Source: a virus
Reading direction: 5' to 3' (one strand)
IMG/VR virus record: IMGVR_UViG_3300037245_002806
Coordinates: 35,906-99,905 of that record
DNA length: 64,000 bases
This document shows, in pieces, positions 54,861 through 63,954 of this stretch. Each line of letters begins with the position of its first letter. Within the stretch, counting starts at the first letter, position 1. The notes under the pieces are model-generated. The model did not search any database. It was not told the DNA's origin and saw nothing but the letters and a program-made list of their open reading frames with translations. Position numbers and translations under genes: made by a program.

Positions 54861-56888
54861 GTGCTTATTCTATGGAGTACCGACCGCCAACGCTTCGAAG
54901 CAAAAAGCGAGTACCACGAACGCAACGCCCTTTCGCAGGCTGGCTTTCGATGGGATCCCAAAGCATATTGCTGGCATAGCTCCGACGAATATAAGGCCGC
55001 TCGCCTTATCGACCATGCCACCGATGGAGCCCGCGCCCGTCTCGAAAAAGCCGAAACCGAAAGGCAAGAGACCGTCGAGAAGTCCCGCGCCATTGACATG
55101 GATATCGAGGTACCCGCGCCCGCCGGCTTGCAGTATAAGCCCTTCCAACGTGGCGGAATCGCTTGGACCCTGGCCCAACGCCGGGTATTAATCGGCGACG
55201 AAATGGGCTTGGGCAAAACCATCGAGGTGTTAGGCGCGATCAACTGTGACCCCTCGATGCAACGTGTTCTCGTGATCTGCCCCGCTTCGCTAAAAATAAA
55301 CTGGCGAAAAGAAGCAAGCAAGTGGCTCGTCCGGAAATTCGAGATCGATATCCTGCACGGTACCAAGGGTTTTCGCCCGGCCCCGACCGACCCGACCGCC
55401 GGCCACATGGTGATCGTTAATTACGATATCTTGAAAAAGCACTCCGCCGCGCTCCGCTCGGTGAAGTGGGATCTGCTGGTTTCCGACGAATGCCACATGA
55501 TCAAAAACCCCAAAGCCCAACGGACAAAACAGATAATCGGCGATTGGGACAAAAAGAGTAAAAGCTGGAAGGTGGAGCCACTTAAATCGACCACCGCCGC
55601 CTTTCTTACCGGTACCCCGATCCAAAATAAACCGGTGGAGCTTTTTACGATTCTCCACTACCTTGACCCGAAATCCTTCCCCTCTTGGTGGTCCTACACC
55701 GGCAGGTTTTGCAATCGCCAACAAACCCGGTGGGGTCTCGATGTTACGGGATCAAGCAATCTAGGCGAACTGCAAGAATTGCTCCGATCCACGGTAATGA
55801 TTCGCCGGCTTAAAAAAGACGTCCTTACCGAACTTCCGCCAAAGCAACGCCAGATCCTCGAAATCGCCCCCAACGGTAGCGCCGGCGCTGTGAAGAGGGA
55901 ATCCGAGGTATGGGCTCGCGTCCAAAACGAGCTTGTGGAGCTTGCCGCGGCTGTCGAGCTTGCCAAGGCGTCGGAAAACTTGGAAGAATACAAAGAAGCG
56001 GTTGCCGCCCTTCGCGCCGGCCAACTGGTAGCGTTTAACGAAATGTCGAAGGTGCGGCATGAGACCGCCGTTGCCAAAGTGCCCGCGGTAATCTCGCACC
56101 TCGCATCCCTGGTAAACGACGATCCCACCGCCCGGAAGCCCACCCCGAACGGTTACAAAGTCGTGGTTTTTGGCCACCATGTGGATGTGATCAAGGCGAT
56201 TAAAGAAGCCTTCGGGGATCGCGCGGTGCTCTTTTATGGCTCGACCAAAATGGAAGATAGAGACGCCGCGGTAGAACGTTTCCAGAATGACCCCACTTGC
56301 CAGATCTTTATTGGGCAAACGCAAGCGGCTGGCGTCGGGATCACCCTGACCGCTTCCTCGCATGTGGTTTTCGCCGAACTGGATTGGGTACCCGGTGCCC
56401 TTACCCAAGCGGAAGATCGTTGCCACCGGATCGGGCAGCATGACAATGTCCTGGTCCAGCATATCGTCTTAGAGGGTTCGCTAGACGCCACCATGGCCGA
56501 TCGTATCGTGGAAAAGCAGGAAGCAATCGACGCCGCGTTAGATGACCCGATCGGGGATATCGACCGAAAGATTGTGGTACTCCCCACCGCCAAGGTTGCC
56601 ACCGCTTCCACCTCTCGAAAGAAGGTAGAAGAAATCGCCGCCACTTTGGAGCCCGGTACCATTGAGGCAATCCATACCGCGCTCGGTGTCCTGGCCGCCT
56701 CGTGCGATGGCGCCTTGTCCCTCGATGGGATGGGTTTTAACAAAATGGATTCCCGCATTGGGAAATCGCTTGCCGCGGCCCCCAGGTTGAGCCCAAAGCA
56801 AGCGGCCCTCGGGCAACGTCTCGTTAATAAATACCGCGGCCAACTCGTGCCGTCCCTGGTAGAAACCGCAACGCAGAAAGGAGCCTAA
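54861..56888 (+). CDS. SNF2/SWI2-family helicase (HARP/SMARCAL1-like)
   Basis: GDEMGLGKT, ICPASLK.NW, DECH, LTGTPIQN, MIRRLK.DVL.ELP.K, GVGITLT, QAEDRCHRIGQ. Confidence 0.95.
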   Translation: MLILWSTDRQRFEAKSEYHERNALSQAGFRWDPKAYCWHSSDEYKAARLIDHATDGARARLEKAETERQETVEKSRAIDMDIEVPAPAGLQYKPFQRGGIAWTLAQRRVLIGDEMGLGKTIEVLGAINCDPSMQRVLVICPASLKINWRKEASKWLVRKFEIDILHGTKGFRPAPTDPTAGHMVIVNYDILKKHSAALRSVKWDLLVSDECHMIKNPKAQRTKQIIGDWDKKSKSWKVEPLKSTTAAFLTGTPIQNKPVELFTILHYLDPKSFPSWWSYTGRFCNRQQTRWGLDVTGSSNLGELQELLRSTVMIRRLKKDVLTELPPKQRQILEIAPNGSAGAVKRESEVWARVQNELVELAAAVELAKASENLEEYKEAVAALRAGQLVAFNEMSKVRHETAVAKVPAVISHLASLVNDDPTARKPTPNGYKVVVFGHHVDVIKAIKEAFGDRAVLFYGSTKMEDRDAAVERFQNDPTCQIFIGQTQAAGVGITLTASSHVVFAELDWVPGALTQAEDRCHRIGQHDNVLVQHIVLEGSLDATMADRIVEKQEAIDAALDDPIGDIDRKIVVLPTAKVATASTSRKKVEEIAATLEPGTIEAIHTALGVLAASCDGALSLDGMGFNKMDSRIGKSLAAAPRLSPKQAALGQRLVNKYRGQLVPSLVETATQKGA

Positions 56889-56893
56889 GCAAA

Positions 56894-57124
56894 ATGGAAA
56901 CTGAAGCTAAAATCGCCGGTCGTGGCCGGCCAACGATCGGCCCCGGTGGCCGGAAGGGGATCGCCACCTATTGCATGTTGGAGCCCCGGTACCGTGAAGC
57001 CCTGGCACTGCTCGCCGAAAGAGACGCCCGGAACCTCTCGAACTACTTGCGCCGGGTTGTTACGCAACATATCGACGAAATTGCCAAGGAAGATCTGTCC
57101 GTCCGCGCCGCGCTCGGGCTGTGA
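56894..57124 (+). CDS. ribbon-helix-helix DNA-binding protein
   Basis: GRP motif, beta strand IATYCML then LAERDARNLSNYLRRVV; AAGGAG SD. Confidence 0.75.
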   Translation: METEAKIAGRGRPTIGPGGRKGIATYCMLEPRYREALALLAERDARNLSNYLRRVVTQHIDEIAKEDLSVRAALGL

Positions 57125-57180
57125 CCCGTCGACCCGCGCAACTGCTAGAAACGAAAGGATATCGGTACCCCAGAGGTGCT

Positions 57181-57213
57181 AAAAAGGGGTGGGTTGTCTA
57201 CCTACCCCTTTTT
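57181..57213. terminator. bidirectional intrinsic terminator
   Basis: AAAAAGGGGTGGGT-loop-ACCTACCCCTTTTT between convergent genes. Confidence 0.8.
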
Positions 57214-57218
57214 ATGGG

Positions 57219-59207
57219 TCAGTCAAAGCTCCGCCTAGCCGCTTCGAGCACCCCTGCCGCGTAGGAACGCTCCGCAAAATATGCCCCTCGGCAATCGGGC
57301 GCGCGCCCTGAGTCGAGCTTATCGGTGTAATTCGAGACCACCGCCGCGTTGGGATGGGACGAAAGCGCGTCGGCATCGTTCGCGCTGTCGCCAACGTAAA
57401 GCACGGCGTCCGGGTTGACCCCTCGCCGTACCATCCACCACCGCATTGCCGGCCACTTGCCCGACCGAATTGGGATCACGTCGGCAATGGCGCCATTGTG
57501 GGAAACGAGCACCTTGCACCGCACACCCTTCAACTTTTCCTGTAACCTGGCGCCGGCGCTGGCCCCGTAGAGCGCAAAGGAAGCCTTAAAAGGGTTGAAG
57601 TGCGGATCTGCCGTGTAGGGTTCCACCCCAGGAAGCTCCGCCCCGAGCGCCCGTATTTCCTCCACCCACCCTAGCCAGATGGACCCGTAAAGCCACTCAT
57701 TCCAGTCTTTGTCGAGCACATACCCTCCGTCGTCTCGGTAATCCCAGATGCCGCCGCCCACCGCCTCGATTATCAACCGGCTGTAGCGATCCAACTCCTT
57801 CCCCGCCCCCAGTTTTAATGCTTCGCCAAGGCGCTCGACCGTCCGCCCGGTAACGATCCCGAGCTTGATCCCCCGGTGTTCTAGCCACTCGACCAACTCG
57901 ATTATATCGGTCTCGGCGCCCCCATTTAAAGTACCGTCGAAATCCGCTAACATCCACCGTTCCGGGCTCGCCCCCGTTGGCTCGAATCTCGGAATAAACC
58001 CCTTGGGCGCTTTCTCGAAGAGCTTCTCAAGTCTCGCCGCGTGGGTATCCCAACTCCACTCCTCGTAAGTCGCGCCGGCTTCCATGTATGTATGGTAATC
58101 GGCCTGTATCTTGCTGAGAGCCCGTTCTAGCCCTTCCTGGGTTCCATCGTAGGACAAACCATGCCCTATGTGCCTTACGACGGTCTCAGCGGCTGTCCCG
58201 GCCCGGACGATGCACGGTAGGCCGCACTTGGCCGCTTCTAGGATGACCATTCCGTAGGTTTCGCTTGGACATGGGTGGACGAATACCCCGCCGAACCTTG
58301 CCGCCCGGCGCATAAACGCCGCTGTCATCCCATGGCTGTGGGTAGGTGGAGCACAAACCGAGCCCCAAAGCCCGAACCCGTCCACCTTGCCGAGCACCTT
58401 TTCCCGATAGGGATCCGGCTGGAAAGTCCGCTGCCCCATGAGTAGGTGCAAAGTGTAATCCCGCCAGATGCCGCCGGCGTAAAGCTCGACCAACTCGGCA
58501 AACTGTTTCCGGGGATCGCTCCGACCGACCGCCAGGATCGGCGGTACGTCTATCCGTTCTCGGCACCAAAACCTTACCGAGGTTTCCGCCGTTGCCAAGT
58601 CGCTCGCGTTGGGCTCTGTTATGTCGCTATCCGGTGGAATTACCACCACCTCCGCCCGGCCTAGCTGGTAATCACCCCGTAGCCGGTCCGCTTCGAATTG
58701 CGTCGAGACCGTTACCACGTCGGCCCGGCTGGTGATTAGATCCTCCATGTGGATTCGGTTGGGTTCCGACCGCCCGGTTTTGGCTTCCTTGTATCGCCCC
58801 GTACTATGTGGCGTCCAGAATAGGCGCCCTCCGGTAACCTCTTGGACCCGCATTGCCGCCCATCCCCCGAGAAAACTATGCCCGTGGAGAATGTCGAACC
58901 CTGAGTAATGGTAAACGACGTAACCCACGATCTCGTCTACGTACCGTTCGATCTCCGTCTTCCATAGGTCTGGCCCGCCGCGGGTTGGGACGAACATTAT
59001 GGTCACGCCGGCCTGGGTGGTCGGTTTTCCATATTCCGGGCAGTCCTTTCGCTTCTGGTCCCTGGTAAAAACCAAAACCTCGTGGCCCCTCGCCGCTTGG
59101 GCTCGCGCCAACTCTGGTACGTACTTTTCCATTCCCCCGGTATCTTTCGCCCCTAGTTGTGGCCAATGATCAACGTGGCCGTGGATGCAAAAATGTGCAA
59201 TTCTCAT
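57219..59207 (-). CDS. sucrose-phosphate synthase-like GT-B fused to HAD-IIB (SPP-like) phosphatase
   Basis: Start MRIAHF (ATGA overlap); IHG...LG..DTGG..KYV.ELA, WTPHS.G..K, ETYGMVILEAA.CGLP; DFDGTL, VTGR, K, GDSAND. Confidence 0.85.
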   Translation of the reverse strand: MRIAHFCIHGHVDHWPQLGAKDTGGMEKYVPELARAQAARGHEVLVFTRDQKRKDCPEYGKPTTQAGVTIMFVPTRGGPDLWKTEIERYVDEIVGYVVYHYSGFDILHGHSFLGGWAAMRVQEVTGGRLFWTPHSTGRYKEAKTGRSEPNRIHMEDLITSRADVVTVSTQFEADRLRGDYQLGRAEVVVIPPDSDITEPNASDLATAETSVRFWCRERIDVPPILAVGRSDPRKQFAELVELYAGGIWRDYTLHLLMGQRTFQPDPYREKVLGKVDGFGLWGSVCAPPTHSHGMTAAFMRRAARFGGVFVHPCPSETYGMVILEAAKCGLPCIVRAGTAAETVVRHIGHGLSYDGTQEGLERALSKIQADYHTYMEAGATYEEWSWDTHAARLEKLFEKAPKGFIPRFEPTGASPERWMLADFDGTLNGGAETDIIELVEWLEHRGIKLGIVTGRTVERLGEALKLGAGKELDRYSRLIIEAVGGGIWDYRDDGGYVLDKDWNEWLYGSIWLGWVEEIRALGAELPGVEPYTADPHFNPFKASFALYGASAGARLQEKLKGVRCKVLVSHNGAIADVIPIRSGKWPAMRWWMVRRGVNPDAVLYVGDSANDADALSSHPNAAVVSNYTDKLDSGRAPDCRGAYFAERSYAAGVLEAARRSFD

Positions 59208-59881
59208 GCCTTCCTCTCTTCCCAACTCTGTTCGACGTTCGTTATGTGCCCGTGGTTTTTGCAATCGTAAACCCCGCGGTAACTTACCACTTGCCGCCTT
59301 GGATTCGATGTGCATAGGCTCTTCATTTGCATGTGTCGAAGCGGGCTCGGCATTGCCCCATATATCGGAAACGAGGTTTCCCAAGCAAAATGCCGGACAA
59401 ACATATCGAATCCGCCCACCTCTGGTCGTGACTCGATAAAGTCGGCCATTCTACGTAATGCCGGCTTGTCGAATAGCACCGCTTGGGAACCCCAAAAAGT
59501 CGATGGTTTTAACCGGTAAAAACCGGCTGGTAGGATCCCCGCAATTGCCTGTTTGGCGATTTTCCCCTCCGGTATCTGTGGGCTCATCACGGCCATGGAA
59601 ACGAGAGGATACAAGCTCGCCGCTGTTTCCATGATCTCGGAGAAGCCCGGCGCCAGGCAAACGTCTGACTCTAGCCACATGTACCCGCCGGCCTTCTGGT
59701 TTAGTAGCCACGCCACGGCGCGCCGGCTCTGCTGTTTAAAAAAACTAAGCCCTTGCTTTGCACTCTTCGGGTGGTCGCTCTCGAAAAAAAAGACGTTCAA
59801 CCCTTCCCGCCGGCAATCGGCTTCAAAAGAAACCGTATCGGCGCCTCGTACCCTGGGAGATGCAATTGCCACCTTGATCAT
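59204..59881 (-). CDS. GT-A glycosyltransferase (GT25-like)
   Basis: WLESDVCL, FWGSQAVLF, FD, PS...H; ATGA overlap. Confidence 0.6.
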   Translation of the reverse strand: MIKVAIASPRVRGADTVSFEADCRREGLNVFFFESDHPKSAKQGLSFFKQQSRRAVAWLLNQKAGGYMWLESDVCLAPGFSEIMETAASLYPLVSMAVMSPQIPEGKIAKQAIAGILPAGFYRLKPSTFWGSQAVLFDKPALRRMADFIESRPEVGGFDMFVRHFAWETSFPIYGAMPSPLRHMQMKSLCTSNPRRQVVSYRGVYDCKNHGHITNVEQSWEERKA

Positions 59882-60477
59882 AAAAACCTCCAAAGCCCGA
59901 GGTGCTTTTCCTTGTCTGACTCCATTGTGCTGTGCTCGTGGATCAACGCCACCGGTGGGCCAAAATTAAAGGGCTCGGCTCGAAGGTTGATCTCGTACCA
60001 CCCGCCCGGCTTGATCGGTACGTTGGTCGCGCCCGGAAATGTTGTGGTAAGTAGCCACTCCGCCCCGCCCTTCAAGTGCTCGATTGCCTGGTGTGCCTGC
60101 TCCCACGATAAATGCCCCAAAAGGTCTCGGCAGATTATTAAATCGGCTCCTCGTGGGGGGAGGGGGTCTTCTACAATGTCGTGCCAAAAGAATCTCAGGG
60201 CCCCCTTCGAGATTTGCTGGTTTGCCGCGATCACGGCTGGAACCACATCGGCCCCGATGTATTCCACGCCCTCGGGGAATTCGATCCTCTGCATCCAATT
60301 AAAGTCGCCGCATGGCAAGTCGAGCACCGTTTTAGCCCCGGTCTCGATGACCACCTCTGGGATCGCCCGTTCGATTGTCTTGGTCTGGTCTCGGTCGGAC
60401 CCGCGGCCAGATCTCGACTCTCGCCCGCGCCACCGGTTTCGCTCGTAGAAGTCGCTCCAGAGGGTTTCGCTTATCAT
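59878..60477 (-). CDS. class I SAM-dependent methyltransferase
   Basis: SGRGS, VLDLPCGDFNWM, YIGADVV, DLIICRD.L.HL; ATGA overlap. Confidence 0.85.
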   Translation of the reverse strand: MISETLWSDFYERNRWRGRESRSGRGSDRDQTKTIERAIPEVVIETGAKTVLDLPCGDFNWMQRIEFPEGVEYIGADVVPAVIAANQQISKGALRFFWHDIVEDPLPPRGADLIICRDLLGHLSWEQAHQAIEHLKGGAEWLLTTTFPGATNVPIKPGGWYEINLRAEPFNFGPPVALIHEHSTMESDKEKHLGLWRFL

Positions 60478-60983
60478 CGGCCATTCTCCATCGGAACCCA
60501 CGCCCGCCGGTATCGGTATTTCGAAAGGTCGCGCATTTTAAAAAAGTCGTTGCTCCCCATCAAAAGCTCTACCTCTATATCACTGCCCCCGATGCCGGCC
60601 CGGATCTGCTCTTTCGTATACCCGTGCTCGTGTGCCAAGCGCCGCACCACGTCTCCCATTTTAAGCGCCACGTGCTTCCCCTTCGCACGGTTCATCCGGA
60701 TTGTTAGGAGCATCGCTTCTGGATCGGGGATATCGAGTAGGACCACCGGAACCAACCCGCCGTACTTGCCGAGCATCGGTTTCGATGTGGTTGCTAACAT
60801 GTATCGGTGGAACCCGTCGATAATTAAAAGCCGGGTGTTGGCGATAATCGGTTGCACCCACCCCGCCGCCATTATGTTGGCTTCGAGTAGTTTTAGCTCG
60901 GGCTCGAAAACGATATTCGGATTATAGTCGTTTGGCCGTAGCTTTTTGGCCACGATCCATTTAACGCTGTCGATTGGATCCAT
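60474..60983 (-). CDS. ParB/Srx-like domain protein (IbrB-like)
   Basis: PNDYNPN, GW.QPI, IIDGFHR, TIRMNRAKGKH. Confidence 0.88.
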   Translation of the reverse strand: MDPIDSVKWIVAKKLRPNDYNPNIVFEPELKLLEANIMAAGWVQPIIANTRLLIIDGFHRYMLATTSKPMLGKYGGLVPVVLLDIPDPEAMLLTIRMNRAKGKHVALKMGDVVRRLAHEHGYTKEQIRAGIGGSDIEVELLMGSNDFFKMRDLSKYRYRRAWVPMENGR

Positions 60984-62028
60984 GCTTTCTCCCCTTTTTC
61001 CTGGCCGGTAGCGGCGATGTCATGTGGCTAACCCCGTTGTAAACTTTCCGTAAGGTCTCTTTTACGGTGTAGCTCTGCGGGGATCGCCGCGCCAAAACCT
61101 CATTATCGAGGATAAACTGCAAGCACTTGGCCAACGTTACCCCGTCGAAGTGTTCCCTGGCGTACCGCCGGCACCCGTCCCACCCTTCGGCCTCGTAGGC
61201 TTTGAGCCTCTTGTATCTGTCGTATTCGCCGTCGTACCTGGCCACTACCGCGATTTCCGGAACCAACCCGAGACCCTTGGCATAAAGCTCGGGATCCATC
61301 TGGTCTAACCTGGCGATTTGCGCCGCCGCATGTGGGGAAAATGGCACCGCTAGCCGTAACGCCGCGCCGGCGATCAACGCGGAGTTATACCACCGCGCCG
61401 GCTGCACCCCGCATTCGGAAAGATATTTCAGAACGTCGTTTTCCGTCCAGTCGTAAAGCGGTTTTACCAGTTTTATGTCTTTGTGGGCGGTGGCGTTTAT
61501 GTAGTTCTCGTTGAGCTTGTTTACCACGCTCCGGTATCTGGCCAAGCTCTCTTCGGCCCGGACGCCCATTACAAAGCCGATCTTGCCTTTGAGACCCTTA
61601 ACGAGCCACCGATCACTTTCTAGCCACGAATCGAAAAGCTCGCCCGGCATCTCTGCAAAGCTCGGTGGCTGCCGGAACCACTCGCGCTCGGTGTCCCAAG
61701 CAAAAACCGTCCGGTTGTCATGGAAGATCCCGACGTCTTTCCGCTGCCGGAAGCATACCCACCGTAAGTCTAGCCACGGCTGTTTGTGGTACCAAAGCAC
61801 ATTGTCGATCGCGCTCTGCGGAATAAACTCCTCGTCTCGGAAGATAGCCCGCACCGGCCCCAGGTTGTGATCCTCGTGCACCGCCTTGGCAAGGTGGAGC
61901 ATCGCTTGGCTATCCTTGCCGCCGCTGAACATATAAACGAGGTTGTCGAAAGTCTCCTCGATGTGCTCGACCCTTTGGTAGGCCGCTTCCAAAACCGAGA
62001 TCTCGAGATACCGTCTTACCCTTGCCAT
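60961..62028 (-). CDS. PAPS-reductase-family PP-loop protein (IbrA-like)
   Basis: FSGGKDS, F.DEE, GVRAEES..R, PLYDW...DV. Confidence 0.88.
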   Translation of the reverse strand: MARVRRYLEISVLEAAYQRVEHIEETFDNLVYMFSGGKDSQAMLHLAKAVHEDHNLGPVRAIFRDEEFIPQSAIDNVLWYHKQPWLDLRWVCFRQRKDVGIFHDNRTVFAWDTEREWFRQPPSFAEMPGELFDSWLESDRWLVKGLKGKIGFVMGVRAEESLARYRSVVNKLNENYINATAHKDIKLVKPLYDWTENDVLKYLSECGVQPARWYNSALIAGAALRLAVPFSPHAAAQIARLDQMDPELYAKGLGLVPEIAVVARYDGEYDRYKRLKAYEAEGWDGCRRYAREHFDGVTLAKCLQFILDNEVLARRSPQSYTVKETLRKVYNGVSHMTSPLPARKKGRKHGSNRQR

Positions 62029-62112
62029 GCCGGAAGCTCCCAAGTCTTTGGAATTGCTTCCAAAGTACTCTCATCCGGTCCGCTCGTCCGGGCTCGCGGG
62101 TACCGATCGGGT

Positions 62113-62148
62113 AAAGAAAAAGGGCGCCCCGTTGTGCTAGGGCGCCCC
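62113..62148 (-). terminator. intrinsic terminator upstream of modification operon
   Basis: GGGCGCCC-loop-GGGCGCCC followed by TTTTTCTTT. Confidence 0.7.
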
Positions 62149-62212
62149 GATTGTGGAGGCTGCGTTTTTTTCTCTCCGACCGCCAAGTAGGAAAGATTGT
62201 TGCTACCCTTGC

Positions 62213-62242
62213 AGGATAACCCGCGCCCCATGTTTTTGTCAA
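62213..62242 (-). promoter_or_regulatory. sigma70-type promoter overlapping terminase stop
   Basis: TTGACA-18nt-TATCCT. Confidence 0.55.
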
Positions 62243-63627
62243 GCATTGACTATTATCTTGTCCCTTCTACCAACTTTCCGTACCCCGCTAACCCGCTTCC
62301 ACTCCGGCACCCTCTGGTTGTTTACGACCGCCCACCACCCGATCAAGCACGCCATAACGATATCGTCATGGAAGCCCGTCGCCGCTTCGAAAGTCCAGTG
62401 CCCGCTTTTGTTGATCGTGTACTCGAAATTCTCGTGCTCGGTGTAAAGGTCTGGCCACTTGTCCCGGCTTGGGATCAACGGCTCTCGATTGCGAAGTGCC
62501 AACCCCCATTGGTGCACCAATGCCGGCTTGTTGCCCCCCGTAGTGGTAAACCCTTCCTCGCCGCTCGGCCCCTTCCCTAACGGAATCCCGCGGAGCTTCA
62601 ACCGCTGTACTATCGGAAGCCCCGGCCCGTTGCGCTCGACAAAAACCGTGGCATGGTTCCACGCCTTGCTGAGATAGACAATATCCTCCTCGATCAACGT
62701 GTAGTCCCGCCCCTGGGCAACTGCCCACGATACCAAAGAAGCGTCGAAAACATCCCAGATCGTGATCACGTTCCGATCTCGGATCTGCCCCACGTCAACC
62801 GAGATTATGTAAAAGTGCCCCGGCGTCGGCCCGTTCCTGGGTAACGTCGGTGTGCTGCATGGCATTAGGTCGGGGAAAGTCGTGGCCGTTTGGGAGATAA
62901 ACTCCGCCATGACCATTTCGCGGTAGATAAACTCTGGCACCGCTCGCCGGGTTTGGTCTAGTACCTGGCGATCCATGTTGGGGTTTGCAACCGAGGTGTA
63001 CCGCTTAAAATAATAATCCGGCTCATCGTTCCACGCTTTTTTGCACTGCTGGTAAAACCAATTGCGCCCGTGTGGGGTGGAAGTCGCCATGATCCAACCC
63101 CCGGTCGCCATAACGGTGGAAACCGTAATATTAAACACCTCTTCCCGTAGCCGGCTGGCCTCGTCTAGGATGGCTCCGTCTACGTCGTCACCCGGTAAGG
63201 TATCGGTCCGCTCGCCCGAATAAAAGGCAACTTGGGAGCCCATCGGCCCGGTGATGGTGTTGGCTTTGGCGCTGTAGTCGTAATACCCCTTCGGCATTAT
63301 TCGGAGTATCCGTTGCTTGGCCATTTCCGATTGACCATGGAACGGAGCGATCCACCGGTACCGTTTATCCCTGGTTTCCCATAGGAGCTTGCACGTCCGG
63401 AGTACCGCCGTCGTGGTTTTCCCGGCTTTGGTCCCCCACGCCAGGAAGTTAAACCGCGCTGGTAGCTCTGACTCTACAAGCTCGCGCTGGTAGTCGTATG
63501 GCGAGACGATAAGCTGGCGGAGTCGTTTATCGCGGGGATCTCCCGCTACTTTGGAAGGTGGATCGGTGATCTCGTCGGTACCGGTCCGGTCGTAATAGGT
63601 TGGGAAGGTCTTCGCCGGCGCCGCCAC
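62239..63627 (-). CDS. terL: terminase large subunit
   Basis: YDYQ, GTKAGKTT (Walker A variant), AILDEASR (Walker B), STPHGRNWFY, ISVDVG, HDDIVMA. Confidence 0.93.
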   Translation of the reverse strand: MAAPAKTFPTYYDRTGTDEITDPPSKVAGDPRDKRLRQLIVSPYDYQRELVESELPARFNFLAWGTKAGKTTTAVLRTCKLLWETRDKRYRWIAPFHGQSEMAKQRILRIMPKGYYDYSAKANTITGPMGSQVAFYSGERTDTLPGDDVDGAILDEASRLREEVFNITVSTVMATGGWIMATSTPHGRNWFYQQCKKAWNDEPDYYFKRYTSVANPNMDRQVLDQTRRAVPEFIYREMVMAEFISQTATTFPDLMPCSTPTLPRNGPTPGHFYIISVDVGQIRDRNVITIWDVFDASLVSWAVAQGRDYTLIEEDIVYLSKAWNHATVFVERNGPGLPIVQRLKLRGIPLGKGPSGEEGFTTTGGNKPALVHQWGLALRNREPLIPSRDKWPDLYTEHENFEYTINKSGHWTFEAATGFHDDIVMACLIGWWAVVNNQRVPEWKRVSGVRKVGRRDKIIVNA

Positions 63628-63636
63628 TTGCCACCG

Positions 63637-63954
63637 CTATCGTTTCGGCTTTGCAACTAACCTGGCGAGTCTTCGAAGAATCCCCCTCGATTTCTTCTGT
63701 GGCGCCGTTGTGAGTACCCGGTCTTGGGCTCGCTTCCCTGGGCTCGGTGCCCCGATGGCCCGGTTGTCTGCCCAATCGGATTTGCTATGTACCATAGTGG
63801 AACCCTCCTGCGGTTTCTGTAGTTTTAGTCTGTGCTCTTTAACGTATCGCCTTACAAGCTCGTCGAAAAGCTCGTCCGATATTAGGTGCATGCCGGCTTC
63901 ATCGTTGTGGGGTTTTACCACTATTTGATCCTTGGATCGCCGACGGTTGCCCAC
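63637..63954 (-). CDS. hypothetical protein upstream of terminase (start uncertain)
   Basis: Same strand, 9 nt from terL; no small-terminase motif recognised. Confidence 0.45.
   Translation of the reverse strand: MGNRRRSKDQIVVKPHNDEAGMHLISDELFDELVRRYVKEHRLKLQKPQEGSTMVHSKSDWADNRAIGAPSPGKRAQDRVLTTAPQKKSRGILRRLARLVAKPKR

Noticed and set aside
60575-60590. Further late-motif copy inside the ParB-like gene
   Set aside because: Only the GTGATATAG core matches; intragenic and explainable by codons (SDIE)
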